A stretch of DNA of 64,000 nucleotides from an uncultured Candidatus Saccharibacteria bacterium (GTDB taxonomy: Bacteria; Patescibacteriota; Minisyncoccia; 2-02-FULL-40-12; GWA2-44-9). Below are positions 39,250 to 49,434 of the stretch, piece after piece. The first letter of the stretch is position 1. Each line of letters starts with the position of its first letter. The notes beneath the pieces were generated by a model. The model was not told the origin of the DNA. It saw only the letters and a list, made by a program, of their open reading frames with translations, and did no database searches. Made by a program: the position numbers and the translations under genes. The DNA is taken from assembly GCA_964513645.1 (NCBI GenBank), contig CAZENF010000002.1, forward strand, positions 206,072 through 270,071, written 5' to 3'.

Positions 39250-39759
39250 ATGATCATGCACAAAGAACCCCATAGAATTCGTGAAAAAGGGACTACGCTT
39301 GTGGAAGCGATGGTTTCCGTGCTTATTTTAAGCATCGGTATCATCCCTTCATTCTCTATTATTTTGTTGGCGAACAGCTTTTCCTCAACCATAAAAAATA
39401 ATCTTATTGCTTCCAACCTTGCCCAGGAGGGTCTTGAGGTTGTCAGAGCTCTCCGGGATAATAACCGCTTTAATAACCGTGCCTTTGATTCAGGCCTTGC
39501 CGCCGGAACTTATACAGTTGATTGGAATTCAAATGCCCTTTTGGTGGTGGGAACCAACCCCTCCCTCTTATTGAATAATGTGGGTTTATACAATTATTCC
39601 AGCGGCACAGATACTGGTTTTCACCGGAGAATAATAATCGTCAAAGACCCCTTAACTTCCTGTAATTGCGAACTCCGCATAACTTCGGAAATAACCTGGA
39701 ACGAAAGAGGGAAAAGCAAACTCATTACCGCCGAATCACATTTATATAATTGGTTTTAA
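39250..39759 (+). CDS. Minor pilin (PilV-like)
   Basis: KGTTLVEAMVS; ASNLAQEGLEVVR. Confidence 0.85.
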   Translation: MIMHKEPHRIREKGTTLVEAMVSVLILSIGIIPSFSIILLANSFSSTIKNNLIASNLAQEGLEVVRALRDNNRFNNRAFDSGLAAGTYTVDWNSNALLVVGTNPSLLLNNVGLYNYSSGTDTGFHRRIIIVKDPLTSCNCELRITSEITWNERGKSKLITAESHLYNWF

Positions 39760-39761
39760 TT

Positions 39762-40328
39762 ATGTCCAGAAAAGTTTTAACTAAATTTTATTTACGAAAT
39801 AATGAAAAAGGATTTACTCTTGTTGAATTTATTACAACTATGTTTGTCTTTTCTGTCATGGCGATTATAGTAGCCGGTATTTGGGTCAAGGCCGTTCAGA
39901 TCGAGCGTAGAGATTTTTCCGCTCAAATCATCGAAGAGAATACCTTAGCTGTTTTGGATACTATGGCTAAAGAGATAAGAGTTAGTACGATTACCAATCA
40001 GGACAATAATTGTTCAGCTGCGCCTTCTGCAAGCTTAACTATGACGTTCAATGACTCTTTAGGGGGTTCGGGCACTCTGGTCTATAGTCTTGTGGGCGGG
40101 GTTGTCCAAAGAACCTATGGCGGCGTAACTTATCAGATGAGCTCTAATGATATCGTTTTTAATTCTCTGGGTTTCTGTGTTTCCGGCTCCTCGACCAGCC
40201 CTTATGGAAATGATGCAACCAGGGTCACCATCATTGCATCAATATCAAATACAACTGGAAATATCGTCACCGTAAATACCCAGACAGCCGTCACGATTCG
40301 GGATGTTAGTGCCGAGGTACAAAATTAG
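39762..40328 (+). CDS. Minor pilin (PilW-like)
   Basis: KGFTLVEFI; MAKEIR; start at ATG 39762 preferred. Confidence 0.85.
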   Translation: MSRKVLTKFYLRNNEKGFTLVEFITTMFVFSVMAIIVAGIWVKAVQIERRDFSAQIIEENTLAVLDTMAKEIRVSTITNQDNNCSAAPSASLTMTFNDSLGGSGTLVYSLVGGVVQRTYGGVTYQMSSNDIVFNSLGFCVSGSSTSPYGNDATRVTIIASISNTTGNIVTVNTQTAVTIRDVSAEVQN

Positions 40329-40338
40329 CATTGACCAA

Positions 40339-41418
40339 ATGTTAACTGATCTGAAAAAAGAAAATCAGAGAGGGTCCATAATGCTTTACACGCTTTTAAT
40401 ATTGATCTCGTTGATATTATTATCCGGGACACTTCTAAAGATATTTATCCCAAAGCTCCATGCAGTCAATGAGACCGTTTATTCAACTGACGCTCTTTAT
40501 GCAGCGGATAGCGGTACGGAGTGGTGTCTTTATGAGAATAACGTCAATCCGATCAAACTAGCGATGCCTTTTGATGAAGGTTCTGGTACGACTGCTAATG
40601 ATTATTCTGGTTATGGCAATAACGGCACCCTAACTAACGGCCCTACATGGGTAGCCGGCAAATACGTTAACGGTATAAGTTTTGATGGAGTTAATGATTA
40701 TGTAAGGCTGGGTAATGTATTAAACTGGCCGTCAACAAATAGCATGACCATATCTGCTTGGATAAATCGTAGGAATGTAACTAATAATGCAACAATAATT
40801 TCAAAAAAGACCAGCAACTCTTCTACCACCCCAGGGTATTCTCTATTTCAATGGTCCGCAGCTAATGGCGGAAACACTTGTTTCTATATATCTGACGGTG
40901 TAGGTCAATACGAAACTTGTACGCCCGATAATTCAACTATAGATCTAAATCAGTGGCATTTTATTGCTGTAACCTTTGATCGAGTCAACGGAAGGGCCGG
41001 CTCTTCTATATATATTGATGGAGTAAATTCCGAACAGTCAAGTTATGAAGTGGGAAATCCGAGCACTCTTGGCGCTGTTAGCAATAATGAAAGTCTTTGT
41101 ATCGGTACTGCGCCTGTTGGTGCCGGATCATGTACCACGACCCAGCTACAGTTCCCGGGCACTATTGATAATGTCAGGATTTATGCCAAAGCCCAATCTC
41201 AAGCTGAGATCCAAGCCGATATGAATACACCTGTTCCAACATCAATCCCACCCGTCAGGAGTCCAGTGGCAAGTCCCATGATGACCAACGGCTCAGTCTT
41301 TTCTATTTATTCACCGGCCTCTTCATCGACCCCATCAAATTGTACAGACTATAGCTTAAATTATAGGACCGTTGGAACATACAGAGGTATTTCTAGGTCT
41401 TTGCAGGTTCACCAATAA
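40339..41418 (+). CDS. PilX-like minor pilin with an inserted LamG/ConA-like domain
   Basis: QRGSIMLY (no E5), ALYAADSG.E; FDEGSGTTANDYSG...FDGVNDYV...TISAWI...WHFIAVT...IDNVRIY. Confidence 0.8.
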   Translation: MLTDLKKENQRGSIMLYTLLILISLILLSGTLLKIFIPKLHAVNETVYSTDALYAADSGTEWCLYENNVNPIKLAMPFDEGSGTTANDYSGYGNNGTLTNGPTWVAGKYVNGISFDGVNDYVRLGNVLNWPSTNSMTISAWINRRNVTNNATIISKKTSNSSTTPGYSLFQWSAANGGNTCFYISDGVGQYETCTPDNSTIDLNQWHFIAVTFDRVNGRAGSSIYIDGVNSEQSSYEVGNPSTLGAVSNNESLCIGTAPVGAGSCTTTQLQFPGTIDNVRIYAKAQSQAEIQADMNTPVPTSIPPVRSPVASPMMTNGSVFSIYSPASSSTPSNCTDYSLNYRTVGTYRGISRSLQVHQ

Positions 41419-41540
41419 TATAGAGGTGCCAGTTCTAAAGCTATATTACTCACAATAATAATCTTGTTAGGATAAGACTATTTTTGTATAATAGAAACAA
41501 ATAATAAGCGGACTATCCTCTAGATAATCCGTATAAATAA

Positions 41541-44500
41541 ATGATTAAACGTTTACACTCGTTTTCTGCGATAGCGGTTTTAGTGGCATTACTGGGAAGC
41601 GCTTTAAGTGCTTATGCTCATGGGCTGTTTCCCCAAATCGTTCTTTCCGCAAGTACAGGCACGGAAACGACCTATATATTTCAAGTTAATAATTCTAATG
41701 ATGATGCAAACGAGGATGGTGTAAATTATTCATCATCCAACCCGGAACAGTGGTTGGGTAACGGAGCATCGACCGATAAAAGTTATCTCGGCCTGCGCTT
41801 TAATGGTGTTGCAATTCCTAAAAACGCTGTTATTACTGCTGCATATCTTGATCTTTACTCTACTCAAGACCAATGGATTAATTTAAGCGTTCAGATTGGA
41901 ATGGAAGCAATCGGTAATAGTGATCCGTTTTCTGCTACTCGCCGAATGTCTCAGCTTGTATTGACCTCCACTAAAGTAGACAACAACTCCAATGTTAAAT
42001 GGTCGGCTAATGGCTGGTATAGTTTTAGCGATATAACCTCGGTTGTCCAAGAGCTGGTTAATAGAAGTGATTGGCAGTCTGGCAATTCGGTAGCTATTGT
42101 CTTAAAGGGGACAGGAACTCAGTATGGCCGTAAATTCATTGCTAGTTTTGATAGCAATCCTGGTTCTGCACCACGTTTTGTCGTACACTATATGGTTGCT
42201 GGTTCTTCTACTCCAACGCCACTTCCTACTCAAATACCAACTTCTACTCCGATACCAACCCCAATTGCTTCCCCAACTCCAAGTATTATTCCAACATCAC
42301 CTCCTTCCCCATCTCCTGTAGTGACTCCCATTCCAACTCCCATTCCTACTCCTATTTTTACCTCAACCCCTATTCCAACTCCAACTTCCCTTGATAAAAC
42401 AGCTCCTTCCATTTATTCAGTCGCAGCTACAAATCCGACCCCTTTTTCTATGACCATAAACTGGACTACTAATGAGCCGGCAGATTCTCAGGTCGAATTT
42501 TGTCTTACTTCGAGTCATTGCAATAACAATACTCCGATCATATCCTCTCTTCAGCTTAACCATTCTATTAACCTTTTTGGTTTAACTCCTCAAACCCGTT
42601 ATTATTATTGGGTTAAATCTAGGGATGCAGTTGGCAATTTAGCAATTTCATATAGAAGGTATTTTGTGACCTCAAGTTCAATTACACCAACACCTGTTCC
42701 AACCCCAACTCCAGTCGCAGGAGATACGAAACCACCCATCATCTCGAATATTTTGGTTACAAATATTGGACAATTTTCAGCCAATATTTCATGGACAACT
42801 GATGAAGCATCAGATGGCCAGGTAGAGTTTATGAACCCATGTCCTTCAACTGGTTGTCTCACCCCCGTTGTTTCAACTCTTGTAACATCTCATCTGATAA
42901 ATATTTTTAACCTTAGCCCCGGGACAACTTATCACTATGTAATAAAATCTAAGGATGCAAGCGGGAATTTATCCGTTTCTTTAAATCAATATTTCACTAC
43001 TCTTTCTCCAACACCCACTCCTACCCCAGTTCTTATGCCGACTCCTGCTCCAATTCTTACACCCACGCCCATGCCTTCCACAGCTCCTTCAGCCGACGTT
43101 TATCCCGAATCAATGTCAATGCATGCCTGGCGGGTTGGTGGTAAAAATGCACCTAACCCTCTCTATGACAAGTGTGATGACGGTACGGATATTGTTTTAG
43201 TCCACAATCAGTACTATGTAATTGGTTATGACGGAATTAAATATCCAACCTGGCATCCTCCAGTGGTCACAAACCCCATAACCGGGGTAGGCAAGTGTTA
43301 CTTTGGTCATGAACATGGCACTGATCCTCAAACCTACGTCCATTGGAATGATATTGTCCAGCATTTCGGCAAAGATATTAATGGTGACGGAATCATTTCA
43401 GCTATGATTATCAACCCATTGACCGGCCAGATAACTCCGGGCGATCGAGCTGGCATTCCTTTCGGTATCGCCAATGAACATATGGACCAATATTACAACC
43501 AGGAAAACCGAGATTCAGTCTTTGTCAGACATGAAGACCATGTCGGCCATAAAATAGAAGTTGCTAATTATGAATCCGACACTTTAAATAACAGCACCCA
43601 TACCATGGCCCAGCTTCCTGGTACGACCGGGATCAATGTACCCTACTACAAAGCAGGTTCGGAAACCTATCAGCCGACGGGTATTGTCTGTACTCATCTC
43701 CATAAATTCCATCAAGGCACCCATTCACCTGATGCGGTTAGAAACAATCTTCATGAGGTCATTTTCCATTCAACTTGCACCAGTGTAGATACCAATGGCA
43801 TCAACGCCCCGGCCTATTATCCAAGCAATACGGTCATATTAACCGGAATGATGGCTTTCGGTAATCCAGGTGAATATCTGCGCTTCTGCTTCAACGATCG
43901 AATGACTAAGGTTTGCGCAGATGGTAAAAATCCTGATGGAACCTGTGTAATCAATGACCCACTAATCAGCAAACTGCCTAAGGCAATTTACAGCGATACT
44001 CTCGGCCGAAACATGGTCGATAAATACTGTCTCGATAATTTTAGTAAATTAAATCCGGGTCTTAACTACTTTAATCCATATGAACTCTGGCAGGGTGATC
44101 TTCGGATTCAGAAGGCGGACGGAGATATGTTGGCTGAACATGGTCGACAATGGGATGTCTTAGATCCTGTCAGATTCATTGACTCAACCTCAACCACCGG
44201 CATAAGCTACAATTCGAGCCAATGTGCTTCTGGCGGAGCCTTCAGTAATATTCAGTATATCGGTGGTTGCAACTCCAGAACCCAGAATATACCTTGGGAT
44301 TCACCACTCTCTGGGTTCAGAGGTTTAAAGAGGACAACTTATTTCGGTCGCAATCGTGTTTCTAATCCTGGGGGCCCTGATGTTTGGTGGACCGATCCTC
44401 TGGGCGGTAATGCAAGTCCAACCCAATTTACATCCGGTCTCAAACAGAGAATCTCACCGGTTGAGGCCGATATCCAGAAAGTCCAATATCGTATCCAGCA

Positions 44501-44588
44501 GCTTTATGGCCCAGATAACTTCCTTAATGACCGCGCTATTCAGAGAACCTTTAATGACGGAGGGGGGACAGTCCATGCACCGAATTAG
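41541..44588 (+). CDS. Large secreted protein: beta-sandwich N-domain, PT linkers, two FN3-like repeats, His-rich C-terminal domain
   Basis: Signal peptide ending SAYAH; PTPTP tracts; two WTTNEPADSQVEF/WTTDEASDGQVEF repeats; TWHPP..CYFGHEHG.DP. Confidence 0.85.
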   Translation: MIKRLHSFSAIAVLVALLGSALSAYAHGLFPQIVLSASTGTETTYIFQVNNSNDDANEDGVNYSSSNPEQWLGNGASTDKSYLGLRFNGVAIPKNAVITAAYLDLYSTQDQWINLSVQIGMEAIGNSDPFSATRRMSQLVLTSTKVDNNSNVKWSANGWYSFSDITSVVQELVNRSDWQSGNSVAIVLKGTGTQYGRKFIASFDSNPGSAPRFVVHYMVAGSSTPTPLPTQIPTSTPIPTPIASPTPSIIPTSPPSPSPVVTPIPTPIPTPIFTSTPIPTPTSLDKTAPSIYSVAATNPTPFSMTINWTTNEPADSQVEFCLTSSHCNNNTPIISSLQLNHSINLFGLTPQTRYYYWVKSRDAVGNLAISYRRYFVTSSSITPTPVPTPTPVAGDTKPPIISNILVTNIGQFSANISWTTDEASDGQVEFMNPCPSTGCLTPVVSTLVTSHLINIFNLSPGTTYHYVIKSKDASGNLSVSLNQYFTTLSPTPTPTPVLMPTPAPILTPTPMPSTAPSADVYPESMSMHAWRVGGKNAPNPLYDKCDDGTDIVLVHNQYYVIGYDGIKYPTWHPPVVTNPITGVGKCYFGHEHGTDPQTYVHWNDIVQHFGKDINGDGIISAMIINPLTGQITPGDRAGIPFGIANEHMDQYYNQENRDSVFVRHEDHVGHKIEVANYESDTLNNSTHTMAQLPGTTGINVPYYKAGSETYQPTGIVCTHLHKFHQGTHSPDAVRNNLHEVIFHSTCTSVDTNGINAPAYYPSNTVILTGMMAFGNPGEYLRFCFNDRMTKVCADGKNPDGTCVINDPLISKLPKAIYSDTLGRNMVDKYCLDNFSKLNPGLNYFNPYELWQGDLRIQKADGDMLAEHGRQWDVLDPVRFIDSTSTTGISYNSSQCASGGAFSNIQYIGGCNSRTQNIPWDSPLSGFRGLKRTTYFGRNRVSNPGGPDVWWTDPLGGNASPTQFTSGLKQRISPVEADIQKVQYRIQQLYGPDNFLNDRAIQRTFNDGGGTVHAPN

Positions 44589-44619
44589 AAAAAATAGCCG
44601 TTTAAAACGGCTATTTTTT
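44589..44619 (+). terminator. Terminator
   Basis: AAAAAATAGCCGTTT-a-AAACGGCTATTTTTT. Confidence 0.8.
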
Positions 44620-44678
44620 GATTGCTAATATTCTCGATCATTCTTGCTTGCGAGTGTTTTTTACTATAGCCTTATCTT

Positions 44679-46742
44679 ATGATTAGTAAAATTGAAGTCC
44701 GTAAAAGAATAGATAAACTTCAAAAGACAATAAATCATCACCGCTATCTTTATCATGTTTTGGATAAGCAGGAGATATCCGATCAGGCCCTCGACTCTCT
44801 TAAAAAAGAGCTTTTTGATCTGGAGCAGAAATACCCTGAATTTGTAACTCCCGATTCACCGACCCAAAGGGTCGGCGGCAAACCTTTAAAGGAATTTAAG
44901 AAATTCAAACATCCGGAACAGATGCTTTCCTTTAACGATGCTTTTAATGAGAAAGATATGGAGGAATGGCAATCTCGTTTTGAACGCTTATCCAAGGGCG
45001 CTGCCTCGGATGGATTTTATTCCGAGCTCAAGATAGACGGCCTTGCTATCGAGCTGATATATAAGAAAGGAGAACTTGAAATAGGTTCCACCAGGGGGGA
45101 CGGCGTCACCGGAGAAGATGTTACCCAGAACTTAAAAACCGTCGAAGCAATACCGCTTAAGCTTTTAAATGAAGATGAAGTTGAAAAAAATCTTAAAAAA
45201 GAAGGTTTGGATAAATTTATTCCCGAGGTTAAAAAATCTCTTAACGGCACCTTGGTTGTTCGCGGAGAAGTTTTTATAACACTAAAAGATTTTAAACGTA
45301 TAAATCGTGAACAGGAAAAAAAAGGCCTTAAGATATATGCCAACCCGCGTAATCTGGCGGCTGGCTCTGTCAGGCAGCTCGATCCGGCAATAACCCGTTC
45401 CCGCAATCTTGATTCTTTTGCTTATTCTTTAAGGACAGACGTCGGACAGTCCAAACACGAAGAGGAACACCTCGTGCTTAAAGCCCTTGGCCTTAAGACC
45501 AATCATAATAATAAATTTTGCAAAGACCTTAAAGCGGTCCAAGCGTTCAGAGATCACTGGGAGACGGAACGTGAAAAACTAAATTACGAAATAGATGGTA
45601 CGGTCGTAGTGGTGAACGATAACAGGATATTTGAAAAATTAGGCGTGGTCGGCAAAGCTCCTCGGGGCGCGATAGCTTATAAGTTCGCGCCGCGTGAATC
45701 TGAAACGGTTGCTGAAGATATAATTGTCCAGGTTGGCCGGACGGGAATCTTAACCCCGGTGGCGGTTTTAAAACCCGTCAATATCGGCGGGGTAACTGTT
45801 TCACGGGCAACCCTCCATAATCTTGATGAGATAAAACGTCTCGGCTTAAAAATAGGGGATACGGTCATAGTCGGGCGGGCGGGTGATGTTATTCCGGATA
45901 TCAGAAAAGTTATAACCGAATTGAGAACAGGCAAGGAAAAAGAGTTTCATATGCCGAAGAAATGCCCGGTCTGTGACAGTCCGGTTGAACAGGTTTCGGG
46001 GCAGGTCGCTTTTAAGTGTGTGAACAAGAATTGTCCGGCAATCAGGAGAGAAGCCGTATATCACCTCGTTTCTAAGCGAGCTTTTGATATTGATGGAGTC
46101 GGTCCCAAAATAATTGATCAATTGATGGAAGCCGGTCTTATTCGTGATGCGGCCGACCTCTTTCGCCTTAAAAAAGAAGATCTTCTTAATCTTGAAAGAT
46201 TTGCCGAAAAATCAGCCCAAAATACAATTGAAGCGATTAATTCGAAGAAAAATGTTTCTCTTGATAAATTCGTCTATTCTCTGGGTATCGACCATGTCGG
46301 CGAAGAAACAGCATTTACTTTGGCCAGGCGATTCCAAAAATTAGATGCTATCGCCAAAGCTAAGCTCGATGATTTAAACAATGCACCCGATATCGGCCCG
46401 GTGGTAGCGGAAAGCATCTACGAATGGTTCCAGAAACCGTATCATTTAAAGTTATTGGAAAAATTTAAAAAAGCTGGAATTACAGTTCTCGAAGAAAAAA
46501 AGAAAAAAGGTTCAGATAAATTAGCCGGCAAAACATTTGTTCTGACCGGGAGTCTCGAATCTATGACCAGAGACGAGGCCAAAGACAGGGTCAGGGAACT
46601 GGGAGGCGATATTTCTTCTTCAGTCTCAAAAGAGACGGATTATGTCGTGGCCGGGACAGAGCCCGGTTCCAAATTTGATAAAGCCAAAAAACTTGGCGTC
46701 AAAATAATCGACGAAAAAGAATTCCTGAAAATTATCGGATAA
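44679..46742 (+). CDS. ligA: NAD-dependent DNA ligase
   Basis: ELKIDG, ANPRNLAAGS, QVGRTG, Zn finger, HhH repeats, BRCT domain. Confidence 0.97.
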   Translation: MISKIEVRKRIDKLQKTINHHRYLYHVLDKQEISDQALDSLKKELFDLEQKYPEFVTPDSPTQRVGGKPLKEFKKFKHPEQMLSFNDAFNEKDMEEWQSRFERLSKGAASDGFYSELKIDGLAIELIYKKGELEIGSTRGDGVTGEDVTQNLKTVEAIPLKLLNEDEVEKNLKKEGLDKFIPEVKKSLNGTLVVRGEVFITLKDFKRINREQEKKGLKIYANPRNLAAGSVRQLDPAITRSRNLDSFAYSLRTDVGQSKHEEEHLVLKALGLKTNHNNKFCKDLKAVQAFRDHWETEREKLNYEIDGTVVVVNDNRIFEKLGVVGKAPRGAIAYKFAPRESETVAEDIIVQVGRTGILTPVAVLKPVNIGGVTVSRATLHNLDEIKRLGLKIGDTVIVGRAGDVIPDIRKVITELRTGKEKEFHMPKKCPVCDSPVEQVSGQVAFKCVNKNCPAIRREAVYHLVSKRAFDIDGVGPKIIDQLMEAGLIRDAADLFRLKKEDLLNLERFAEKSAQNTIEAINSKKNVSLDKFVYSLGIDHVGEETAFTLARRFQKLDAIAKAKLDDLNNAPDIGPVVAESIYEWFQKPYHLKLLEKFKKAGITVLEEKKKKGSDKLAGKTFVLTGSLESMTRDEAKDRVRELGGDISSSVSKETDYVVAGTEPGSKFDKAKKLGVKIIDEKEFLKIIG

Positions 46743-47547
46743 GAACATGTCCCTGCCAGTCGAGGTAGAACTGAACTCCGAACGGACTTGGCGGGATAGC
46801 TACTAGTATGCCTTTTGTTATGAGATCGTTTATATCTTTCGGTACTGTGCCGTACTTTTGAACATAGAGCGACACGGCTTTATCAAGGAGGTCGAGGATA
46901 TCAAGCTGAACCAAATGGGTTTTGGCGTTGTCTTTGACCAATTCATCGTTTGAAGTTGCATATATCGACTCCCATATTATTCTAGTCTGTTCGCGGTAAT
47001 TATTGCTGGTACCGTAACGGGCGGCCGCGGTCTTGGCTATCTCGCTAGCTCCAGGAGTATTGGCGGCAAGATTAAAATACTTAATTGCATTTATTCTGTC
47101 TTTAAAAAATTCGTGATAGGTAGTCGCAAGATAATAGGGGATGCGCCAGTCTGGGTCAGCATCCTGAATGCCGAGCTCGGCTATTTCAACACCCTGGCTG
47201 ACATGGCCGATATTGGGCAGGATTATCGTTGAAAAAGCGTAGGGATAGCTGAATTTAGGGTCAAGATCATTTACAACCTTGACCATGTCTCCGAATTTTT
47301 CAGGATAATCATTTACTTCTTGAACTGCATATATCCACATTAAAGAAGAAGCTGCTGAATTAAGGCCCAGGTCGACTATCTTTATCGCCTGAGCTGGAAT
47401 TATTGCCGGTGTAGTATCGGGTCTCTGGTTTATTTTAAGGTCAGAGTAATATTGGAGCATAATTATTGCTCCAATTAAGAAAGAAAATATCAAAGCTTGG
47501 GTAGCCCCCCTTTTTACAAAGGCTGTATCTATAGAGAATGAGTTCAC
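46732..47547 (-). CDS. Membrane-anchored TPR-like protein (PilG/XapA-like)
   Basis: TM, LDPKFSYPY, WRIPYYLA, C-terminal GILVAIPPSPFG; in an operon with an ABC transporter. Confidence 0.6.
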   Translation of the reverse strand: MNSFSIDTAFVKRGATQALIFSFLIGAIIMLQYYSDLKINQRPDTTPAIIPAQAIKIVDLGLNSAASSLMWIYAVQEVNDYPEKFGDMVKVVNDLDPKFSYPYAFSTIILPNIGHVSQGVEIAELGIQDADPDWRIPYYLATTYHEFFKDRINAIKYFNLAANTPGASEIAKTAAARYGTSNNYREQTRIIWESIYATSNDELVKDNAKTHLVQLDILDLLDKAVSLYVQKYGTVPKDINDLITKGILVAIPPSPFGVQFYLDWQGHVLIR

Positions 47548-48305
47548 AGGTCTTTTTTATTAAAAACAGTCCCGGCGATATAAAGAAGGAAAACTATATA
47601 AACTAATGCATAAGCTGATGAAAAAAACATTTCAGACCTTGAAATATGAAGGTTGTGTGCTATCAAGCTACGGATGTCGAATTTTTCCAAATTGGGTAGG
47701 ACGTAGTAGATTCCCAGGAGCAAATCCTTGGTCAGTCCGGCAGATTTCATTGCGTATGCCTGTATCAATCCGAGAAGATGCCCGATATATATAATTAATA
47801 TTGTATATATCGTTGAAGCGAGTGGTGTGGTAAAGACTGAAAAAAGTATAAGGAAAGCAATTAGCAGAGCCGTTTCACAGAGCTCGAGCCAGACATTGAT
47901 GAAAGCATAATAATCCATACCCCCGCCGTTGGCATAGACGACAACAAGATAGGCAGCGGTCATGAGAAATGTCAGGAGAGCTATCCCAGCCAGAAGACCC
48001 AGGAATTTTCCGATTATTATGTTTGTTCTGGTGACTGGTTTTGCCAGAAGAATGTAAGTTGTCCTTTTTTCGACCTCATCATAAACCAAATAACCTCCAA
48101 GGAACACGGTTATTATCAGGCCGAAAATATAAATTCCGGCAAGGCCCAATGTTTTGATTATAAAAATACTGTCTTCAATAGCCAGAGAACTTAGAACTGC
48201 GGTCGAACCAATGAAGATAAAAGCAAAAATAACTATTCCGTATAATATTTTATCTCGAATAACCTGGCGAAAAGTGTTTTTAGCGATTGTCAGTACGGTT
48301 CTCAT
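47544..48305 (-). CDS. ABC-2 type permease (PilI/XapB-like)
   Basis: IAKNTFRQVIRDK, EVEKRT..LLAKPVTR..IIIGKFLG, LPNLEKF, FNKKDL. Confidence 0.85.
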   Translation of the reverse strand: MRTVLTIAKNTFRQVIRDKILYGIVIFAFIFIGSTAVLSSLAIEDSIFIIKTLGLAGIYIFGLIITVFLGGYLVYDEVEKRTTYILLAKPVTRTNIIIGKFLGLLAGIALLTFLMTAAYLVVVYANGGGMDYYAFINVWLELCETALLIAFLILFSVFTTPLASTIYTILIIYIGHLLGLIQAYAMKSAGLTKDLLLGIYYVLPNLEKFDIRSLIAHNLHISRSEMFFSSAYALVYIVFLLYIAGTVFNKKDL

Positions 48306-49006
48306 AAACTTTTTATTGTTTTTACGAACTGTTCTTCCAGCGGCAAACCCTTTCTAAAACCGTCGGTCGAACCTGAATAGATCAGCTGACCTTTATTTAT
48401 TATTCCGATCTGGTCGCAGATATTTTCAACGTCAGAAAGTATGTGGGAATTGAAAAATACCGTCTTGCCGGAGTTTTTTAATTCATGGAGGACGGATTTA
48501 ATTTCAAGGCGGCCGATAGGATCAAGTCCTTCCAGCGGCTCATCCAGAAAAATATATTCAGGGTCATTAACCAGGGCTTGTGCAAAACCCAGCCTCTGTT
48601 TCATACCCTTAGAGTAAGTTCTTATTTTTTTGTTTCGAGCATCGTAAATCCCTATTTTTTTCATTGTTTCTTCAAGTTCTTTGATAGTTTTTTTGTGCAC
48701 TTTAGGAAAAATATCAGCCGCAAACCTCATAAATTCAATACCTGTCAGCTGGTCATAAAATCTCGGCTCTTCGGGCATGAAACCGATACCCTCCCTCGTC
48801 GAAGACAGGTAAGGAGAGCGCCCGTCTATCGATATGCTGCCTGAATCAGGATTGTTGATGCCGACGGCTATTTTGATGGTTGTTGTCTTGCCGGCGCCGT
48901 TCGGGCCGAGGAAGCCAAAAACGCTTCCTTTGGGAATAACCAGAGAAAGGTCGTCGACAACCTTCTGTTTGCCGTATGTTTTGGTGAGGTTTTTTATTTC
49001 TATCAT
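48302..49006 (-). CDS. ABC transporter ATP-binding protein (PilH/XapD-like)
   Basis: GPNGAGKTT, YSKGMKQR, LDEP, SHILSDVE. Confidence 0.93.
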   Translation of the reverse strand: MIEIKNLTKTYGKQKVVDDLSLVIPKGSVFGFLGPNGAGKTTTIKIAVGINNPDSGSISIDGRSPYLSSTREGIGFMPEEPRFYDQLTGIEFMRFAADIFPKVHKKTIKELEETMKKIGIYDARNKKIRTYSKGMKQRLGFAQALVNDPEYIFLDEPLEGLDPIGRLEIKSVLHELKNSGKTVFFNSHILSDVENICDQIGIINKGQLIYSGSTDGFRKGLPLEEQFVKTIKSL

Positions 49007-49113
49007 GTTTTCCTTACAATAATATTACTATGTAATACGGCACAATCAAGATGCCGGAGGGTTTTATTTTTTGTATAAATTGTGATAATTTATTAGAATA
49101 CATAACCTCTACC

Positions 49114-49434
49114 ATGCTTACTGAAAAAGAGATAAAACACATCGCCGAGCTGGCCAGGATAGAACTGACAGAGAAGGAAGAAGAAAAAATGAAGGACGAA
49201 CTCTCGTCTGTTTTGGACTATGTTGTACAACTGAACAAAGTAAATACAGACCAAGTCGAGCCCCTATACCAGACCACTGGTTTGGTAAACTCCATCCGTA
49301 AAGACGAACATCGGACCGAACCGTCTGAAGGTCAGATTTTTGAGATGGATGAAAAGTTAAACAAAGCTCTCATCGGTCAGGCGCCGGAAAAGGAGAACAG
49401 TTTTATCAAGGTCAGATCGGTTCTAAGTAAATAA
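49114..49434 (+). CDS. gatC: Asp/Glu-tRNA amidotransferase subunit C
   Basis: IKHIAELARIEL...LNKVNTDQVEP; directly upstream of gatA. Confidence 0.9.
   Translation: MLTEKEIKHIAELARIELTEKEEEKMKDELSSVLDYVVQLNKVNTDQVEPLYQTTGLVNSIRKDEHRTEPSEGQIFEMDEKLNKALIGQAPEKENSFIKVRSVLSK

Noticed and set aside
42210-43090. PT-rich tracts as DNA tandem repeats or a diversity-generating element
   Set aside because: Codons vary at synonymous positions, so this is protein-level low complexity. No reverse transcriptase or TR/VR pair was seen.
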